A stretch of 64,000 nt of DNA from IMG/VR virus record IMGVR_UViG_3300046810_000338, positions 1 through 64,000 of that record. One strand, given 5' to 3'. Positions 26,372 to 35,435 of this stretch are shown piece by piece. Made by a program: the position numbers and the translations under genes. The notes beneath the pieces are model-generated. The model saw only the letters and a list, made by a program, of their open reading frames with translations, made no database searches and was not told where the DNA came from. The number at the start of each line of letters is the position of its first letter. The stretch's first letter is position 1.

Positions 26372-26740
26372 ATGGCAAAGAACAAACCGTGGGTTACCCA
26401 CACACCGAAAGACCCCAACGACACGATGGAGAAATATCGCCGTACGTGTCGGGTGGTTCGCCAGACCCGCATCTTTCACCTGGTATCTTGGGCAAAGATC
26501 AAGGCTACATTGTTTGCCCAGGCTACAAAGGTTGGGTTGACGGCCAACGAGATTGGCCTTTTTAGCTGCACGCATTGTGGGTCACAGTCGTGTAAGCACG
26601 AAGCCAAGATCAAATACTTCCAGAAGCGGTGGGTTCTTCTGCTACGCGATCGGGTGGCAATGGATGACCATTACGACGAAGCCCGTCGAATACTCAAGAT
26701 CCGCTTTAATAACCTCAACGAGGCAGCGCACGCAGCGTAA
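26372..26740 (+). CDS. Basic hypothetical protein (122 aa)
   Basis: GAGG RBS; CTHCGSQSC Cys cluster. Confidence 0.7.
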   Translation: MAKNKPWVTHTPKDPNDTMEKYRRTCRVVRQTRIFHLVSWAKIKATLFAQATKVGLTANEIGLFSCTHCGSQSCKHEAKIKYFQKRWVLLLRDRVAMDDHYDEARRILKIRFNNLNEAAHAA

Positions 26741-26756
26741 TGCGACGAGGTGAGGT

Positions 26757-27362
26757 ATGGGTCGGACTTATGCTTGTATCGGTTCCAGGCAGACACCTCA
26801 ACCTATCCTAGACATTCAGTTTCGCATTGGTCGGGTGATGTGCGACTTGGGATGGAGGGGATTTAGCGGCGAGGCCCCAGGGTCGGACAAACGGTACCAT
26901 GACGGCGCGCGTTCTAGCCCGCGCTACCGTGAGGTAGGGTTTTGTGCGATCATTCCTTGGGGAGGCTTTGAGGGGGTTTGGCATGACCCTAGCCGAAACA
27001 TCTACGACCTGCGCCAAACCGATTGTTATCGGCGGGCGCATTGGTTAGGACTTGGGGCCAGGGGAACCACCGCTGGGTTAAAGCAGGGTGGGATGCTTTT
27101 GCATGCTCGCAATGCTTGTCAGATCCTGGACCTAGATCTGTGTCACCCGGTAAAGTTTGTTTCTTGTTGGGCCGAACCTATCGGCAAGAAAGGTAAGGTA
27201 AAGGGCGGTACAGGCACAGCAGTAGCGTTGGCACTACATTTTGGTATCGACGTCATTAATCTTGCAACCGCTGAAGGTCTCGAAAGAGCATTGGCCTTCC
27301 TCGAAAAACACGAGGGAGTAACTGAACATGTATCGACCAAAACCTTGCACACCGATTCCTAA
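26757..27362 (+). CDS. SLOG-superfamily (DprA-like) Rossmann-fold protein
   Basis: YACIGSRQTP, SGEAPGSD, IIPWGGF, ARNACQIL, VKGGTGTAVALA. Confidence 0.75.
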   Translation: MGRTYACIGSRQTPQPILDIQFRIGRVMCDLGWRGFSGEAPGSDKRYHDGARSSPRYREVGFCAIIPWGGFEGVWHDPSRNIYDLRQTDCYRRAHWLGLGARGTTAGLKQGGMLLHARNACQILDLDLCHPVKFVSCWAEPIGKKGKVKGGTGTAVALALHFGIDVINLATAEGLERALAFLEKHEGVTEHVSTKTLHTDS

Positions 27363-27405
27363 ACCGAATCCCAAACCACATGTTCCACCTGTTAAAGAGG
27401 CGGTA

Positions 27406-27852
27406 ATGTCTGACGAAATAATTGAACTGCATTCGGCCAAAATGAAGGGCAATAGCCGAAAGGCGAAGCTGGCAAGGCTCATTGACCCGTACATAAAAAG
27501 GGCCGGAGAACAGTATGTTTCCGCAAGGGGCGCAGACGTTCGTAGACCATGTATTGGCAAAGTAGGTCCGACGGTTATTCGTGGGACATACCGGTTATTG
27601 GAAAGACAAGAAGCGACCGTAAACTTCGCCATGAGTGGGGCAGACCTGACCCTAACGTTCTCTACGTTTAAGGGCCTACCCCTCGAACTGAAGACGTGGG
27701 ATTTCCGTCTTGGTCGTGGGGCCTTGTCCTATGCGGCAGTGGGTAGGTTGTTGGCCGCCTTTATATGGGCCATCAACTCCATTTCCATCACCACAGAAGT
27801 TGATCGATTGGTGAGTAAAAAAGTTGCCGTAAAGGAGGCGCCCGATGACTAA
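27406..27852 (+). CDS. Hypothetical protein
   Basis: GAGG RBS before ATG 27406; the ORF is open from 27328. Confidence 0.65.
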   Translation: MSDEIIELHSAKMKGNSRKAKLARLIDPYIKRAGEQYVSARGADVRRPCIGKVGPTVIRGTYRLLERQEATVNFAMSGADLTLTFSTFKGLPLELKTWDFRLGRGALSYAAVGRLLAAFIWAINSISITTEVDRLVSKKVAVKEAPDD

Positions 27853-28189
27853 GTCCTCGATCGAACCTTACTCGACTGTTCTGTTGAGATTGCCAATTGA
27901 AGGACTAGTCCCTAGTCCGGAACAATTTCAGCAGTGGGTCGACCAAGGACCGCATCATCTCGAACTCGATGGCCGAGCTGACGATCCTTTCATCCGTAGC
28001 AAAAAGGTTTGTGGTTACATCAATGAACCTTTCGTCCACTTCTACTACGACGTTGGACAAGTTTTGTTCTGTGGGGAACTTCGCCCCACTGGACCAAAGC
28101 GTGATGCATTGAAAGAGAAACCCATCATTCAATTGATTCACACGCCTCAAGGACGAATCCTTAAGGCGATTGTGATAACCGAGGTTTGA
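27845..28189 (+). CDS. Hypothetical protein (weak prohead-protease-like fold)
   Basis: VCGYI...LFCGELRPTGPKRDALKE recalls the G.V.P.GP...L motif of phiKZ-type head proteases. Confidence 0.6.
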   Translation: MTKSSIEPYSTVLLRLPIEGLVPSPEQFQQWVDQGPHHLELDGRADDPFIRSKKVCGYINEPFVHFYYDVGQVLFCGELRPTGPKRDALKEKPIIQLIHTPQGRILKAIVITEV

Positions 28190-28191
28190 TC

Positions 28192-28866
28192 ATGACTGTA
28201 GATGTAATCAAAACTAACCATGCATCGGTAGATGACCTGCTTAGTGAATATGGTGGCCTACGTTTGGGGGCATCCTATCTGTTGCATCATTTCGAAGATG
28301 CTCCTCGAATCGCTGAGCGGTTGTGTTACCTGGTGGATGAAGAGACTATGAAGTTTGACTTCGTTCAGAATCTTGACCCTACCTGCCCCAGTATTGTTGG
28401 TGTTTCCTGGTCAACGCCTGCGCCTCGCGGGTTGATGACCAAAGAGCGCTTCATGGTGACCATCGACACCTTTGAAGTAACGTTTGTTGAACAGGTTACA
28501 CGCCCTGATCGAGGGGCAGTGAAACTGGTAATTGTTGACGGCCATCTGTTGGATAAAACCGAAACCTACCAACAGATCAGAAGACTTCGAGCCGTGGCAG
28601 AAGAAGGCCACTTCGTTTTGCTGATCACTGGGCAGTTCAAGCGAATTGCCAGCGTGATGCGGCGAGCGGTTGTTGGTCAGCCTGATTACCTCAAACCGTT
28701 TTCCTATCAGGGCCATAGCAAACTGGGATTGCACATCGAAGCCGAATTCGATGGCGTCTTTGTTGCCGACCAGGCGTTTGGCAATGCAATGCCAGCGGAA
28801 ATCGTTCTGGTTAAGCACCGCGGCTATATCGGTGAGTTTAACCACAGTCAAGTTTCTTTCAGCTAA
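28192..28866 (+). CDS. Hypothetical protein, degenerate DnaB/RecA-like C-terminal segment
   Basis: KLVIVDGHLL...RRLRAVAEEGHFVLLITGQFKR...IEAEFDGVFV; no Walker A. Confidence 0.55.
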   Translation: MTVDVIKTNHASVDDLLSEYGGLRLGASYLLHHFEDAPRIAERLCYLVDEETMKFDFVQNLDPTCPSIVGVSWSTPAPRGLMTKERFMVTIDTFEVTFVEQVTRPDRGAVKLVIVDGHLLDKTETYQQIRRLRAVAEEGHFVLLITGQFKRIASVMRRAVVGQPDYLKPFSYQGHSKLGLHIEAEFDGVFVADQAFGNAMPAEIVLVKHRGYIGEFNHSQVSFS

Positions 28867-28876
28867 GGAGGTAGGT

Positions 28877-29080
28877 ATGAACACCTGTGCTCGTTGGCAA
28901 CAAATCTGTGAAGGCTGTGAGCATCTTCGCTTTCGGTCTACAGAGCAACACTGCTACATGTTCCGGGCAGAACCTTCTGACAGCTGCGCGCAAAACTCGC
29001 AGCTGATGGCCAAGGCAAAGCAGGACGGCACCCTTCTTACGCTCGATCAAGTGCGTAAGCTGGATCTATCGGATGCATAA
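28877..29080 (+). CDS. Small Cys-rich protein (67 aa)
   Basis: GGAGG RBS; C..C and further Cys residues. Confidence 0.65.
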   Translation: MNTCARWQQICEGCEHLRFRSTEQHCYMFRAEPSDSCAQNSQLMAKAKQDGTLLTLDQVRKLDLSDA

Positions 29081-29093
29081 CTGAGATCATCGC

Positions 29094-29732
29094 ATGACAA
29101 CTGTAGTATTTGACGGCACCTATCTGGCTACCGACAGTCAGACGACTGTCACCCGCTGTAACCACCGTGGCGACATGTGTCCAAAATGTTCCACGGACCT
29201 TGGCACCATGCATCAGTTTCACAACAAACTGAAGGTCATCCGCCGCGAGCGCAACCCGACGTCTTTTAAAGCCTCCCCAATTGTAGCCTATGCCGGTGCC
29301 GGGTCCAAAGACAGTATCTATGCAATCGGCCTTGGGCTGGAGAACAACGTCCGTACTGACGTGATCGGCAAAATGATCAGTCATGCGCGCGGTGATTCAA
29401 ATGCAGGTCGCGAGTGTTCCTTGCTGGTTGTAACGGAAGCTTCCGTTTGGCACCTGTCGTTGGGCAAGATGATAATCAAAGTAAAGGAGATTACCTCTTT
29501 TCCTTTTGCCATCGGTAGCGGAACCTCTGTTACCAAGTTTGCCATGGAGAACATGGGGGCCACAGCCTTTGGGGCTGTGGCTTGTGCCATCAACGCAGAC
29601 AAGTCTTCGGGCGGCAAAATCAACCTTTATAATTGTCGGGAACCAGATCGGGCACCGCGTTCAGAAGAACACGATGTAACCGCAGAAGACTTCCTGGCCA
29701 TCATGGCAGAACTCAAAGCCTACAAGGAATAA
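29094..29732 (+). CDS. Ntn-hydrolase (HslV/proteasome beta-like) peptidase
   Basis: N-terminal M-T-T nucleophile, ATDSQTT, KLKVI, AYAGAG, FAIGSG, D..SGG.I. Confidence 0.75.
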   Translation: MTTVVFDGTYLATDSQTTVTRCNHRGDMCPKCSTDLGTMHQFHNKLKVIRRERNPTSFKASPIVAYAGAGSKDSIYAIGLGLENNVRTDVIGKMISHARGDSNAGRECSLLVVTEASVWHLSLGKMIIKVKEITSFPFAIGSGTSVTKFAMENMGATAFGAVACAINADKSSGGKINLYNCREPDRAPRSEEHDVTAEDFLAIMAELKAYKE

Positions 29733-29733
29733 C

Positions 29734-30315
29734 ATGAAAAACGATACTGAGTTGTTAATTGAAAACATGGGTCTGGCACAGTTCATGACCCGTCGGGCAA
29801 TATCGCTCTATACGCCAGGCTTTACTTCCAGACGAGAAGTCTGTGACTCAATGTTCATGGAATGCACCGCCTTCTTTGTTGACCATGATGGCGGGGATAG
29901 TAACAGCCAGCAGTTCGCCGAGATCCTAACTCGCATCCTGGGCTGCTGCGGCGATTGGCTCAACATCAATCTGGGGCAGGCAATGTACGCTGCTGCTAAC
30001 CAGCACCGCAGTGGCTCCACCGAAGAGATCATTTCGGCACCGTCTCCGTGGCGAATGGCTCGCCTGCGTTTTCCAGAGCCGAAGTCTGACCATACTCGCG
30101 CCATGCGTATAAAAGCAATGGGGCGGATTGCCAAGGCACTGGAATCCCATGACCACCTGGAAGACTATCCTTCCCGCGCGGTCTTGGACACCGAGTTCCC
30201 GGTGATCGCCACGTTGTTGTTGGCAATGGTAACGGATGATGATGTGACCAATTTCCGTCTTCAGCATCATCCATGGGTTAACGTCCTGTTTGTAGACGGC
30301 TGGGGTCAGCGTTAA
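29734..30315 (+). CDS. Hypothetical protein (193 aa)
   Basis: Operon ORF. Confidence 0.7.
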   Translation: MKNDTELLIENMGLAQFMTRRAISLYTPGFTSRREVCDSMFMECTAFFVDHDGGDSNSQQFAEILTRILGCCGDWLNINLGQAMYAAANQHRSGSTEEIISAPSPWRMARLRFPEPKSDHTRAMRIKAMGRIAKALESHDHLEDYPSRAVLDTEFPVIATLLLAMVTDDDVTNFRLQHHPWVNVLFVDGWGQR

Positions 30316-30385
30316 TTAACTGGATCTTAAAACTAAACTATTAATCTGATGTACTCTCGTTAATCATGTTCCTAGGAGGAACACA

Positions 30386-32107
30386 ATGTCCGAGCAATCT
30401 AGTTCTACCGCCCGCATAACAGCTTTGTCTGTCGCTGCCGCCGACTTCATTACTCCGGTGCAGATCGTTGACAGCGCCGAGCGGTTGTTTGTTTCTGGCA
30501 GTTACAAATCCGAGGGTGAGTTCCACCCACTGATCCAACTGCTGTCCCACATCGCCACCGTTTGGCGCCCTAACGTTTACTCCGTGTATCTGGAACGCCT
30601 GGGCATCGGTACTGTAGGTGACGTCCTGCGTGAACTGGAACCCGTTGTTACTGCCGATGACTTTCGTAAAGTCATCGATCAGAATGGCGAGTGGCTGACC
30701 AGTGCCTGGTGGAACCGTGAAGACGTACAGCGCGGGCTGTCTTTCTTCTGGGCCCCATCTTACTTCACGCCGGACATGTCGGCACTCAGCACAATCTTTT
30801 CGCGCACCAATGCCACGGGTATGGTCATTGGCCTGGACCCAGGGGTTAATAATGCAACGGTGTCCATCGGCGGAGAGTTGTTTTCATTAAACCCAAAATT
30901 CGGTCCCATTAAACAGACTCCTGATCAGGAGTCTGACCTGTTCCAACTCTACATGGAGAACCTCAATCAGGCCTTCGAAGATGAGGCCAAAGAAGGCTTC
31001 CCTAGCATGAGACGCTTCCTTGGCCGCCGTCGCATTCTAGGCGATCCGAAAACCTGGCCGACCATTGGTTGGGCGCTGGCAGGTCAGTCGGACGATGCTT
31101 CTGATAAAGCACCTCTTCAGTTTGATCAGATGGCTTTCTATCGGCAGCGGTTACCGCATCCTCCGATAGGAAGGACCTATGGGTTGGATCTGGTTTTTCT
31201 AGACGACATGAACAGTCCGGAAAACGCCTTATTTCGTGATGAGCGTAGTGGCCGTTTAACCTTGTATGCCCCAGTATCCAAGGTGGTCAAATTGGATGAC
31301 GTCACCGACGAGTTGTTGGCCGATGTGATGGGGTTGCCGCCTGCTATGCCCGGCGAAAGCAAGCGTGATACGTTGGCCAGGGTGAGTTCTGAGTATCACC
31401 TGGAGTGGGTGGCTAGCTGCAATTCGGCCACCAGGGCTCTGGTGGTATCCGGGCAGTTGCCTGTGCATGAGGTGATTGGTGCTCAATTGATTGTTGTTCA
31501 CAGGCCTGTCGGCGTTAAGATTCGGAATTCCGGTATTTCTGGCATGACAATACCAATGGGTTCCGAGGCTAAAACCTATATGTCCAAAGTCCTGGCGGGC
31601 TTTCTCGGAAAAGAACGGAGTGACCATCCCCTGGACAAGTTGTTGATGAACCAGAACGAGTCGGACGTTAACCCAATCACCGAACTTCGGGAACAGGCCA
31701 TTCCACTGGACGCTAAGAAAGGCAGGGCGGGCATGTCCACGATACGGTTGCACCCTCGCTTGGAACATGGTCCCATTTCGGAAGCCACAGTGCATTCCGG
31801 GGAGTATGGAAACGCTCCGATTTTCCCGGCGTACTTCACCACGAGGATGGTTACATGCAACGCCTACCAGATCTGGTCGCTGAGCAAAGAAGGGTTGATC
31901 ACTCCTGATCAAGTTGAGCCGTCGTCGGTCGGTGGGTTTCTTCTAACCTACAAGCAAGATCCTGGTGGCCTGATCACGAGTCACCTGATAAAGATCGCCG
32001 AATCTTTCCCTGGCGAACCCCGCAACAGCGACGGGATGTCCCCAAGCATGACCTACCAAATGGTCAAGCTGTTGATGGGCATCCAGGACAAGGTTGAGGG
32101 CGAGTAA
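30386..32107 (+). CDS. Hypothetical protein (573 aa)
   Basis: AGGAGG RBS; long ORF. Confidence 0.85.
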   Translation: MSEQSSSTARITALSVAAADFITPVQIVDSAERLFVSGSYKSEGEFHPLIQLLSHIATVWRPNVYSVYLERLGIGTVGDVLRELEPVVTADDFRKVIDQNGEWLTSAWWNREDVQRGLSFFWAPSYFTPDMSALSTIFSRTNATGMVIGLDPGVNNATVSIGGELFSLNPKFGPIKQTPDQESDLFQLYMENLNQAFEDEAKEGFPSMRRFLGRRRILGDPKTWPTIGWALAGQSDDASDKAPLQFDQMAFYRQRLPHPPIGRTYGLDLVFLDDMNSPENALFRDERSGRLTLYAPVSKVVKLDDVTDELLADVMGLPPAMPGESKRDTLARVSSEYHLEWVASCNSATRALVVSGQLPVHEVIGAQLIVVHRPVGVKIRNSGISGMTIPMGSEAKTYMSKVLAGFLGKERSDHPLDKLLMNQNESDVNPITELREQAIPLDAKKGRAGMSTIRLHPRLEHGPISEATVHSGEYGNAPIFPAYFTTRMVTCNAYQIWSLSKEGLITPDQVEPSSVGGFLLTYKQDPGGLITSHLIKIAESFPGEPRNSDGMSPSMTYQMVKLLMGIQDKVEGE

Positions 32108-32108
32108 C

Positions 32109-32789
32109 ATGGGCGCTAAGAAGTTCTTTCTTCAAGCACAAGAGCAGGGCAAAGTAAAACTTGCCCTGGTAAAGGCCGAGGAAGAAAAAGAGCAAGCTCG
32201 TCTTCAGGCTTTGGAGGATGCAAAACCAAAGCCTTGGGACACCGATCCGTTCTCCACTCTCGACACACTGTTGATCCTGGCTCTAGCTGAGAAGTTTCAT
32301 CCAGGCAAAGGCTTCCATGAAGTTCTGTCCGGTAAACCTAAAAAGTTTCTGGACGTTACTTATCGGGTTGCTACCTGCGTCAGGCAGGCTGTTTACGATA
32401 CTGTCATCAAGCCGATTATGGCCGACCCTCGCCCGTTCAAGAAACTGCAAGAGCGGGTGGATACCTATCTGACACTGGAAGCTGCTACCGAAGAGTTTTC
32501 AGAACAGGGGTATCACGGTGTTCTGATTTACCAAAGCGTCATCTACCCTGTCAAGCTTTATGGTGAGGATAGTGAAGCCATTCTGTGGGGTCGAGAAAAT
32601 GAAACCCATGTCATGCGAATGACTGCCCATGTGGCAGCCACCGCGTGGGGATTGGATGGGATTAACTGTCACATTCTGTTGTTTGCTAGTTGGGGTTTCT
32701 CAGGTCTGATGACCACCATCGGACATGCAGTAACCGACATCCGGGCAGCCTTCCCAGATCATGAAGATCCGAAGGCTGTTAATTCGTAG
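32109..32789 (+). CDS. Hypothetical protein
   Basis: ATG one base after upstream stop. Confidence 0.75.
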   Translation: MGAKKFFLQAQEQGKVKLALVKAEEEKEQARLQALEDAKPKPWDTDPFSTLDTLLILALAEKFHPGKGFHEVLSGKPKKFLDVTYRVATCVRQAVYDTVIKPIMADPRPFKKLQERVDTYLTLEAATEEFSEQGYHGVLIYQSVIYPVKLYGEDSEAILWGRENETHVMRMTAHVAATAWGLDGINCHILLFASWGFSGLMTTIGHAVTDIRAAFPDHEDPKAVNS

Positions 32790-32803
32790 GAGATGTTTCA
32801 CCC

Positions 32804-33211
32804 ATGCCAAAAGTAATTCTCGCTCACCACTGTACGGGCAAGTCTCGTTACATTCGTGAAGTCAATGCCGCCGGAGGCAAGGCGCTGGAGTTAAAACACA
32901 AAGCACTAATCGTCAGTGACGTGGTCTCTGTATTAAACAACGGTTGGGACGTAGTTGTAGAGGCCTCTGTGGAAGCCGGGGAGATTCTCTCTGCACAGGG
33001 CATTGAGTATTATTTGGTCTATCAAGATCCGACGATCTCAAAACAGCAATACCTTCCTGCACTTACCCGGTCGGGTAGACGCTTGAAGGAAATCCACGAC
33101 ATCCTAAAGACCTGGGTAGAGGACATTAATACTCTGCAAGGCCTTACTGGTTGTATTCACATCAAGCTCGGCGCGAATGAATTCATCGCCGATAAAGTGG
33201 GAGCAGTCTAA
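32804..33211 (+). CDS. Divergent P-loop kinase-like protein
   Basis: VILAHHCTGKS (degenerate Walker A), YYLVYQDP...KQQY as in phage nucleotide-kinase-like proteins. Confidence 0.55.
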   Translation: MPKVILAHHCTGKSRYIREVNAAGGKALELKHKALIVSDVVSVLNNGWDVVVEASVEAGEILSAQGIEYYLVYQDPTISKQQYLPALTRSGRRLKEIHDILKTWVEDINTLQGLTGCIHIKLGANEFIADKVGAV

Positions 33212-33212
33212 G

Positions 33213-33878
33213 ATGGACAATGTAGTAGATTTCAAAGCCGCGGCATTGCGTATTCGTGATCACCATCGCCCTGGTAAACTGGTAGGACTGGTTCGTAGTC
33301 TGCGCAAAGCGCACACTCACGCAACCGTGGCTAAGCAAGTATCTGTTTCTCTGTTGACCGCCAACATCCTCGGCAAGATGGTCGGTCACGGCAGCAAAAT
33401 GTGGTGGGACATTGTTGATGTCAATCTTCATCCCGCCATGTTGAAACTCTTCCCTGAAAGCGACTCGCTGGGTATTCGTACCCTGGCCGGTCAAGTTGAA
33501 CTGGGTCGCCCTAGCGACGACTTCATCTACTGTCACGCACACCGTGAAGTGACGATGCCGTATTTCGAAGGCGCGTGGTTGGATGTGGGTCCAAAAGACC
33601 TCACTGCATTGATCGTGTCGGGCGCCGACAAATTTGGCCTGGTGTCTGGTGGGGTCATGCCAATGCTTCAACGAGTGGAAGAAGCTATCGTTGAAACCGG
33701 CCTGTCCATCCGAGCAGTGCGGGCACAGAGCGGCAAGGTTCTTGCGGTGCTGGCTGACCCAGAAGAAAACCATCGTCCGGATGCGTTTGAGCGTACCTGG
33801 TACATGGTCACCGTTAACCTGGAAGTGCTCAACAACGACATCGAGATCATTCGTAGTTCGTTGGCACGTTCCAACTGA
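33213..33878 (+). CDS. Hypothetical protein
   Basis: GGAG RBS, ATG 33213. Confidence 0.75.
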   Translation: MDNVVDFKAAALRIRDHHRPGKLVGLVRSLRKAHTHATVAKQVSVSLLTANILGKMVGHGSKMWWDIVDVNLHPAMLKLFPESDSLGIRTLAGQVELGRPSDDFIYCHAHREVTMPYFEGAWLDVGPKDLTALIVSGADKFGLVSGGVMPMLQRVEEAIVETGLSIRAVRAQSGKVLAVLADPEENHRPDAFERTWYMVTVNLEVLNNDIEIIRSSLARSN

Positions 33879-33887
33879 GGACTCATC

Positions 33888-34154
33888 ATGGGTCTCAGTG
33901 CAGCAGAGCTGGAGCAAGAAATTCGTTTGGTTGAAGAGATCCAGGTGATGGTCAACCATCAGCGGGATCGCAATGACTTCCAATCGTACCGTACCCGCTG
34001 GCCTAATCCGCTAGCAGACGATCGGACAATGTCTGCCTTAAAGCGACGTGTGTCTATGATCATTCCTGGTGTCAGTTTTACTGTCATCAAGCCATCTGGT
34101 ATCAAAGCGGTATATCCGCAAGTAAAGCTTTCTGTGTTACGCGGTAAAGAATAG
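33888..34154 (+). CDS. Hypothetical protein (88 aa)
   Basis: GAGG RBS. Confidence 0.7.
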   Translation: MGLSAAELEQEIRLVEEIQVMVNHQRDRNDFQSYRTRWPNPLADDRTMSALKRRVSMIIPGVSFTVIKPSGIKAVYPQVKLSVLRGKE

Positions 34155-34163
34155 ATCGCATAA

Positions 34164-34189
34164 GCTCCCCCATCTTCGGATGGGGGAGC
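34164..34189 (+). terminator. Hairpin with TTATGCC and displaced T-tract
   Basis: GCTCCCCCATC-ttcg-GATGGGGGAGC; TTATGCC at 34197-34203; T6 run just after. Confidence 0.8.
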
Positions 34190-34232
34190 ACTTCTATTAT
34201 GCCTTACTTTTTTGTCTTGTCATTTAAATGGA

Positions 34233-34249
34233 TTTCAGACCTGAAGTAT
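34233..34249 (+). promoter_or_regulatory. Candidate phage early promoter motif
   Basis: TTTCAGACCTGAAGTAT. Confidence 0.7.
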
Positions 34250-34292
34250 CGAACTGGATGTAGTATCTGTATTCATCAACTGTGGAGTTTTT

Positions 34293-35021
34293 ATGGCTGA
34301 GTTAAAAGATGTGCTGCACAACCGGGCCCTTGAACTGGTTAGCTTTCTGCCTACTGTCGTCATTGATGACGTGTTGCTCAATCTGCAACGCAATGACCGT
34401 GCTCATCGCTGGGATCATGTCCTGGGCGTTGTACTGGAAGCCGAGAAGATCATTGCTGCTAACCCAGAACTGGATCGCTATAAACGGGTTATCTACGTAG
34501 CGGCCCTCATGCATGACACCATGTGTCACAAGGGTCGAGACAACCATAACGTGCAAGGCGCCATCCATGCCTGTGCAACGATCAGCACCTACGTGCCGTC
34601 GCTGTTCAACGCTGTGGAAATGGATCTGCTCTACTGGGCAATTGTTGAACACCGGGCGTCCTGGAAGTTGGCTCGCAGTAGCCATGTGTCCGACGCGGTT
34701 GCCAGCGCCGATCGCGGCTGCCCTGACCTGTACCGTTTCCTCAAGCGTGCGGTATTGTACCGTGTCAGTAAGTTGCCAGACAACTATGTGATTTCGGTAG
34801 AAACCATCAATGTAATCTGCATTGATTCGCTGGACCACATCCATGACAAGTATGGTCCGAATGGCTATGCCTGGGATACCATTCCCCAGTACGGCCAGGA
34901 GCTGTACGATAAAGAAATCCAGGCGATCAAAGAATCGTTGTCGGGTGATCCTGCCGAGGTCCTGAACGAAATGAAAGATCGTTTCTCCATGTGGACCGAC
35001 GATCTCTATCAGTACGCCTGA
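34293..35021 (+). CDS. HD-domain phosphohydrolase
   Basis: AHRWDHVLGV, AALMHD, NHNVQGA, IVEHRAS, VASADRG. Confidence 0.85.
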   Translation: MAELKDVLHNRALELVSFLPTVVIDDVLLNLQRNDRAHRWDHVLGVVLEAEKIIAANPELDRYKRVIYVAALMHDTMCHKGRDNHNVQGAIHACATISTYVPSLFNAVEMDLLYWAIVEHRASWKLARSSHVSDAVASADRGCPDLYRFLKRAVLYRVSKLPDNYVISVETINVICIDSLDHIHDKYGPNGYAWDTIPQYGQELYDKEIQAIKESLSGDPAEVLNEMKDRFSMWTDDLYQYA

Positions 35022-35105
35022 TTAAGTAATACCTCCAGTATTCAGTAAATGCCCTGAAGTATTTATTGTCTACTTACACTACCCACAACTTTAAGGTAAG
35101 TTGCC

Positions 35106-35366
35106 ATGTTGAACAAAGTTGCATTGATTGCTTTCGCTGTTCTGCTGTCCACCCCCGTAGTGGCTAGCACCGCTGCACAAGAACCCCGTCTTCCTTATCG
35201 CGTCCAAAAGATGCTGGACGATGGCTACATGGTTGCCTACTGCAAGGACAATACTTGCTGGGACGTGGTGACCGATCGAATCGTACACCTGCAAGACTCT
35301 GTCAAGAACGGCTACTGGACCTACGAACATGGTCCGGCAGACGAGCGCACCGCCGCTTCGAATTAA
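35106..35366 (+). CDS. Small exported protein (86 aa)
   Basis: Signal peptide MLNKVALIAFAVLLSTPVVAS; CKDNTC. Confidence 0.7.
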   Translation: MLNKVALIAFAVLLSTPVVASTAAQEPRLPYRVQKMLDDGYMVAYCKDNTCWDVVTDRIVHLQDSVKNGYWTYEHGPADERTAASN

Positions 35367-35435
35367 CCAGAATTAAAGCCTGAATCATACAGGTGAGCCG
35401 GTGTTGCTTTTAAAACCCTTTTATGGACCATTGAA

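Noticed and set aside
30325-30345. Additional copy of the early promoter motif (CTTAAAACTAAACTATT); a similar weak match lies at 10021
   Set aside because: Too many mismatches to the AGACCT core to call without TSS data.
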